Source: Adineta vaga (lineage: Eukaryota; Animalia; Rotifera). From it: a stretch of DNA of 64,000 bases. Below, one piece after another: positions 58,423 through 64,000 of this stretch. The position numbers and the translations under genes were made by a program. The DNA is taken from contig CP075493.1 in NCBI GenBank assembly GCA_021613535.1, positions 6,820,001-6,884,000 on the forward strand. The letters run 5' to 3'. Under the pieces are notes generated by a model, which saw only the letters and a program-made list of their open reading frames with translations, ran no database searches and was not told the DNA's origin. Position 1 is the first letter of the stretch, and every line of letters begins with the position of its first letter.

Positions 58423-60026
58423 AACAAATTTGAATATAGAAAAAGTCTCCTCTGTCGATTTATGTGATAAAATAACCATGTGTTTTTTTCTTCTTCTTCT
58501 TCTTCTACTTTTTCTTTGCGTATTATAAACGGTGCTTTTTGAACTTATAGATCGAACGATGATTTTTCTTTTTTGTGTTAAAAGTTATTCTTATATTTAT
58601 GATTTCAAAAAAAAGCAAATAAACAAGAAAAATAAAGAATTTCGTAGATGTTCATATATGATGATAGGAAATAACATATTTTACTATTCATATGAGTCGA
58701 TATCGGTCAATGAAATGTATTGTAACGATTGTCTCGTATACCCAATTAATAAAATAAAGAACGAAAGTCCATGTTTCTTTTTCGGTAATTGTATTGTATC
58801 GAAATTCAATACTCGTTTGTCGTTCTGTTGTCTCAATAAAAGTACAATGAATTCTATTCATTTATACTTCATAAGCGAAAGAGAAAGAAGAAGAAAAAAT
58901 AATTTATCGGACAATAGTAGTGTTCAGAAGGAAGACTAAAGAGAGACAGAGAGAGAGATAGAGAAGAATGAACAATTTTTGTCTTCAATCAAAAGAGAAA
59001 GTGAACTGGCTACTCGCCAAATGTCGAATATATTTACTCTCAATGGTATGCAACAAAAGAAGAGGCCACATTGATGATATATTTGATTGATTTATTTCAT
59101 TTTTTTAGTTAGATATTATGTTTCTTCTTGTTCTCAATGAACAATTTCACCGGGCTTGAATGAAATTCGTAGAAAACTTCAACCGAGGCATTCAATGTTT
59201 GGTGTAAATTGTAATTGATTTCTCGTTGAATAGGAGACACGGTAAGTACCAATGAATCACTTATTTTTGTTAGATAAAACTAATAAAACAATTCTAATGA
59301 AATGGTTCTTCGTTGTACAATTGGGAAATAAGATATGCTTTATTATTGATTTTCCTTTGTTCTTGATCACCAGGTTATCTGATAAATAATATTCTATGAT
59401 CAAACTTTTCCGTACTTGAATAACCTTTATCATCGTAGTCTTGTATTAACGAGCGTTAGTTAATCAAAATAGTTTTTTTCAAAATATTTAAATAACTTCT
59501 ATAGTTCGTAGACATTTTTAAATATGAATACGATCTATTTTTACTGTAAAAATGGTTATATAACTTCACTATATGAATAATAAATGTGTTGATTGGTTCA
59601 TTAACAATGTTCGACGTGATGAACATCATTCATCATATTTATAACCATAAAAATAACATCCGAATCTATTGTAATGGTTCAACATTCAATTTACAATTTT
59701 TTTCTATCATGTAGACCGATAATATGATACGAAAATGTACTTTAGTTTTTATTTCCATTGTTCAGAACATCTATATGTAAATCTAGTATTTTTTTTAAAG
59801 ACAAGAAAAAAAAACATCTGACGCACACGAACCAAATGCATAATCGTACACAAAAATTTCTAACTAAAGAATAATCTAAGGAAATGAGTAGAAGTAAACT
59901 TGTTCTTCTTCTCATTGAACTATACTAATTTGCCTTTTCGTTCGACATCAAAGAAAAATGAAGAATCGAATAATAACCGAAAGAAGGAAAAGAAACGACA
60001 TCGAATATTCGTCTTCATTTTTCTAT

Positions 60027-62296
60027 CTAATGTCCATTGCCATTTGCAATAATGACATCTTCATCGACTTCAAATCGTGGACGTTTCAAACGTTGTCGTT
60101 GTGCTGCACCATTAGTACCATTTGATACGGGATCGTTACTTGTTGGTGTTGCATTACCATTTAGAGTTGGAGACGGTCCGACACGTCCACCAATATTCAA
60201 TCGTTCTTCTTCGGAATCAAGTAATTTTCTATATGTTGTAATTTCTCGATCGAGTCCAATCTTTGTATCAAGTAAATTTTGATAATCATTTTGCATTTGT
60301 TCAATAAGTTGTTTTAAATTTTGTATTTCATCCTCACGTTCCATAATCGATTCATGTTGTTGTTGTTGAGCACGATATACTCGATCTTCTAAATCACGAC
60401 AACGTTGTTCCAATTGAAGCACTTTATCATTACATGCATCACGAGTTTTTGTTGCCTCTTCAATACGTTCACGACTGGATAATAAATCAGTACGATAATT
60501 ATTGATTTGATCAAGATTACGACGATTAGTGTTTTGTAAATCTTCAATCTAAATACAGATACCATTCAATAATTATTAGAACAGAACTGTCGAATCTGAT
60601 AGTAAGCATACAGCATCCATTAAAATGATAATGTTTTAGATTTCTTTCATTGATCTAGAACTTTTGATTAGGATTCATGATATATGTCATTCGAATAAAA
60701 CACACACTAAGTAATACTCATGGTCACTTCATACTAACATATGTCAAGTAGCGATCATTGAGAGGAATTTGGTAACATTCTCGATTCTTTATGATTGAGT
60801 TGACTAGGAAACAGAGTAAGACGATAATAGATGATTGTCATGAGATTGGTATTTCAGTCATTTAGAAAGGGAAATGTTTATATTTATGAAATAACAAGGC
60901 GATAAAAGTATGTTCTATTTCATTACTTTTTCCTATACAAACTTCATTAAACAACTGTTTTCTTAGGAATAGGAAAGAGCGCGCATATTTAATTAACAAT
61001 TGCTTACCTTTTTCTCATATTGTGTAGCAATTTCATCTCTTAATAATTGCATATCTTGTTCATTTTGTGTTCTTAATTGTTGTAGTTCTTGTAAAAGTCT
61101 TGCATCATACTGTTGTCGTAAACCATCATCATGAAGAATTTCAATACGTTGTTGTTCTTTGAATTGATAGATTTTCTAAGAAACGATAAGGTATGATTTG
61201 ATTTCTTTAAACTAATCTTCTCTAAATGAATTTACTGTTTCATAAACATGTTGGTTGAATTGTAATTCTTCACGTAAAGTTTTATTTTTATTCTCTAAAT
61301 CAACACGCAAAAGTGTTTCCGATTCCAATTGACGTTTTAATGCTGCTACTTGTTTTTCTAAATCATTATTAAGATGTAATAATGTCTTGAAAGAGACAAA
61401 AGATAACGAACGGATATGTTAACAAAAAAGAATGAAAGAAAAAGAAAGTTTTAACCTCATTTTCTTCAATTCGACGTGAAGCATCAAAAGCAATAGAATC
61501 ATATCGTGCTTTTAAATCAGATATTTCACTTTCATATTGTTTCATTCGTGCTTCATATGCACGTGAATCTCGTTCATTACGAGCAGCTCTAAAACGAACA
61601 AGTTCCAATTGATATGATAGGATTTAATAAATATGCGAATATCATTACCTTGTTTGGACATCTGAAGTTTCGCTACGACTTTTTTGTAATTCAATTTCTA
61701 GACGAGATTTTTCATGCGCTAATTCTTCGATTAATTTTTTGGCATCATCTTTAATAAGAGAATTGTTTAGAATGAAATGTATAGTTTATACGCAAAGAAA
61801 ATTACCTAATTCATTTTCATATAAAGTCTTAACCTTTGATGTTTCCATTTCGAATGATTGTGCATTTGATTTAACAATCGTCTGGAAATTACAAACAAAA
61901 AATAACGATCTACTTTCGAGAATAATTTTAGAAATTTACTCGTAATTTTTCATTATCCTGTTCAAGTCGTCGAACTGTATCAATAATCACTGCTAAGCGA
62001 TCATTCAATGTTTGTAATTCTTGTTTTTCTTGTTGACGAGTTATATTAAGTGTTGGCGATGTACTAAATGATGATGATGCCGTTGAAGTCATTGAAAGAC
62101 CAGAAAGAGTACGATGTTTCATTCCGTTATTGCCGTTAACACCTAAAGTATTTGTTCCATTGGAAGTGACGGTTGGTGTAATGAAATTATTTTCGATATT
62201 TCCTTTTCGTCCATTGGTTTCTATAAGAGGAGTTTCCTTAACATTCGATTCAGAACGTGAAGCCGATGCGGCACGACGTCGAAATGCCGCAAACAT
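60027..62296 (-). CDS. Lamin-like intermediate filament protein with no Ig-fold tail or CaaX as read
   Basis: SPTLNITRQQEKQELQTLNDRLA (head and coil 1A), ETLLRVDLEN, LDREITTYRKLLDSEEERL (rod end), LKRPR NLS, then a stop shortly after. Confidence 0.85.
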
Positions 62297-62759
62297 TTGA
62301 GATCGTTATTAGAGATGATAATAAATGAATAATTAAGTTGAAATTAATCTACAAGTAAATTTTTTCAGAATTGTTCAAAGAGACAATTGATACTAGAGAT
62401 ACACAAAGGAAGGATCTGGAAAAAGACTGCTGTTTTGATAGGTGGTTTCCTTCGACTAGTCTTGAATATAAGAATTCATTGAGAAAGAAATTTCTGTTTG
62501 AATAAAACTTATAGATACATAGAAAGACTCATTTAATTACGAATTATATCCTATTATAATGAATTGGTATGAGTGCGACATCTATCAAACGGTAGATTTA
62601 CAATAAAATCGAGAAATCATTATAGATAAGACTATATTAGTAGCGATAAGATACACTATTATTTTTTTTATTTATATTCATAAAATACAACAATTATCTG
62701 ATACTTTTACGATCGCTATCGTTCCCTAATATGTCATTCGAAAATTTCACATAAGTTTT

Positions 62760-64000
62760 TCAAGTAGTTTTTGCACTATGATCACTACTACGGCCTCCTA
62801 TCGACGATTTTTGTTCAATATCAGATGCACAGTCTGAAAATCGACTTGCCAATGAATATTCACCCAATTTTGCATATATAGAACTAATACTATTATAAAC
62901 AGTGGCTAAAGCAAACGAATCCGTCGGTTGAACATTTTGATAGATTTCACGGGCTTGCTGATAATATAAAAGTGCTTTTCTATATCTGCCAATTTGTTCA
63001 TAGACACTTCCATGACACATATATGAAGCAGCTAAATCTGGATGATTTGCAGGAAGAATTTTTCGATAGATTTCATGAGCTTTTTCATAATAACGGAGTG
63101 CATCCAAAAAATTAGCTCTATGAAAATATATCGATGCCATGTTGCTGTATGTTGCTGCTAAATTGGGATGATTGATAGGCAGAATTTCTTGTCTAATCTT
63201 TAATGCTTCTTCATAATAGGTAAGTGCAATAGAATATTGACGACTTTTGTCATATACTGAGCCAATATTATGATAAGATTCAGCTATATCTGATTGATTT
63301 CGAGGATGAGCTTTCTCATAAATTGCTAAAGCTTGTATAAAAAATGAAATTGCTTTCTCATGTTGGTTCATTTTCTCGAACATTGAACCTATATTCTTGT
63401 AAGCAGCAGCTAGATCCGAAGAATTCGATGGAAGAATTTTCTGACCAGTTTCCAAGGCTTTTTGATAATATAAAAGTGATTTGGAGAACTGTTCCATCTG
63501 ACTATAGACTCGTGCGATATCATCGAGATGTTTAATTAAACATGGTGTATTTTCAGGAAGAATTTTCTCGTAAATTTCATATGCTTTTTCGTAAGATGAA
63601 AGCGCTTTTGAATATTCATTTGTTTTTTCACATGCTAAACCCATTCCACTATAACATGCAGCAATATCCATAGAATCAGGTGAAAGAATTCTTTGACGAA
63701 TTTCAAGTGAAGATTTATAGAATGAATTAGCTTCTAAATATTCATTTTGATGAAATTTAATAGAACCTAGTTGATAATATAATGCTGCCTTTTCTTTCTC
63801 ATCTTGTGTTTGAATTAATGCAGATTCACATACATTTTGAGCTTTTATTATTTGATTTTGTTGCAATAATAATTCACTTAAACGACACCATCCTTTTCCA
63901 TATGATGCTGTCTTTTCTGTAATAGTTTTGATTAATGTAGAAAATTGTATGTCATTTTGATCACATAATGTCAATTCAACTTCCCAAAGACGATTCGAAT
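62760..64000 (-). CDS. TPR-repeat (kinesin-light-chain-like, ~42-aa repeats) protein, 5' end outside window
   Basis: Repeated A.SY.NIG.VY....Y..AL.YY.KAL.I...ILP.NHP.L units. Confidence 0.9.
   Translation of the reverse strand, partial: SNRLWEVELTLCDQNDIQFSTLIKTITEKTASYGKGWCRLSELLLQQNQIIKAQNVCESALIQTQDEKEKAALYYQLGSIKFHQNEYLEANSFYKSSLEIRQRILSPDSMDIAACYSGMGLACEKTNEYSKALSSYEKAYEIYEKILPENTPCLIKHLDDIARVYSQMEQFSKSLLYYQKALETGQKILPSNSSDLAAAYKNIGSMFEKMNQHEKAISFFIQALAIYEKAHPRNQSDIAESYHNIGSVYDKSRQYSIALTYYEEALKIRQEILPINHPNLAATYSNMASIYFHRANFLDALRYYEKAHEIYRKILPANHPDLAASYMCHGSVYEQIGRYRKALLYYQQAREIYQNVQPTDSFALATVYNSISSIYAKLGEYSLASRFSDCASDIEQKSSIGGRSSDHSAKTT

Noticed and set aside
58532-58939. 135-aa plus-strand ORF
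   Set aside because: It lies in the AT-rich SMG7 3' region, with a non-ATG start and non-coding composition.

Overview
AT-rich eukaryotic (animal) DNA with compact multi-exon genes and many ~50-60 bp GT-AG introns. The style and gene content suggest a bdelloid rotifer; this is an inference. About 21 genes were spliced by hand, most on the minus strand: Pax6, an LEA-like peptide, DDX41, a chimeric paired-domain(RED)-RING-H2 gene, an RNF38/44-like RING gene, TADA3-like, a beta-trefoil-like protein, Rab11-FIP3/4, an AUR1/IPC-synthase-like gene of probable bacterial origin, two orphans, DRG1, a possible CYTH/TTM-fold ORF, NHERF-like, TMED, NOP9, a MARVEL protein, a peptide GPCR, a stand-alone LYAR C-terminal domain, NF-YC, SMG7, a tail-less lamin and a 5'-truncated TPR protein. 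There are also piggyBac, Helitron and MITE remnants. Most notable: (1) a Pax RED-subdomain + RING-H2 E3 ligase fusion lying between Pax6 and a RING paralogue, with the Pax6 intron position; (2) operon-like gene junctions, especially NOP9->TMED (28 bp, ending in a splice acceptor); (3) an intron-containing Bacteroidota-type inositol-ceramide synthase; (4) a duplicated alternative Rab11-binding terminal exon. Family calls are from motif recognition by eye; no database searches were run.
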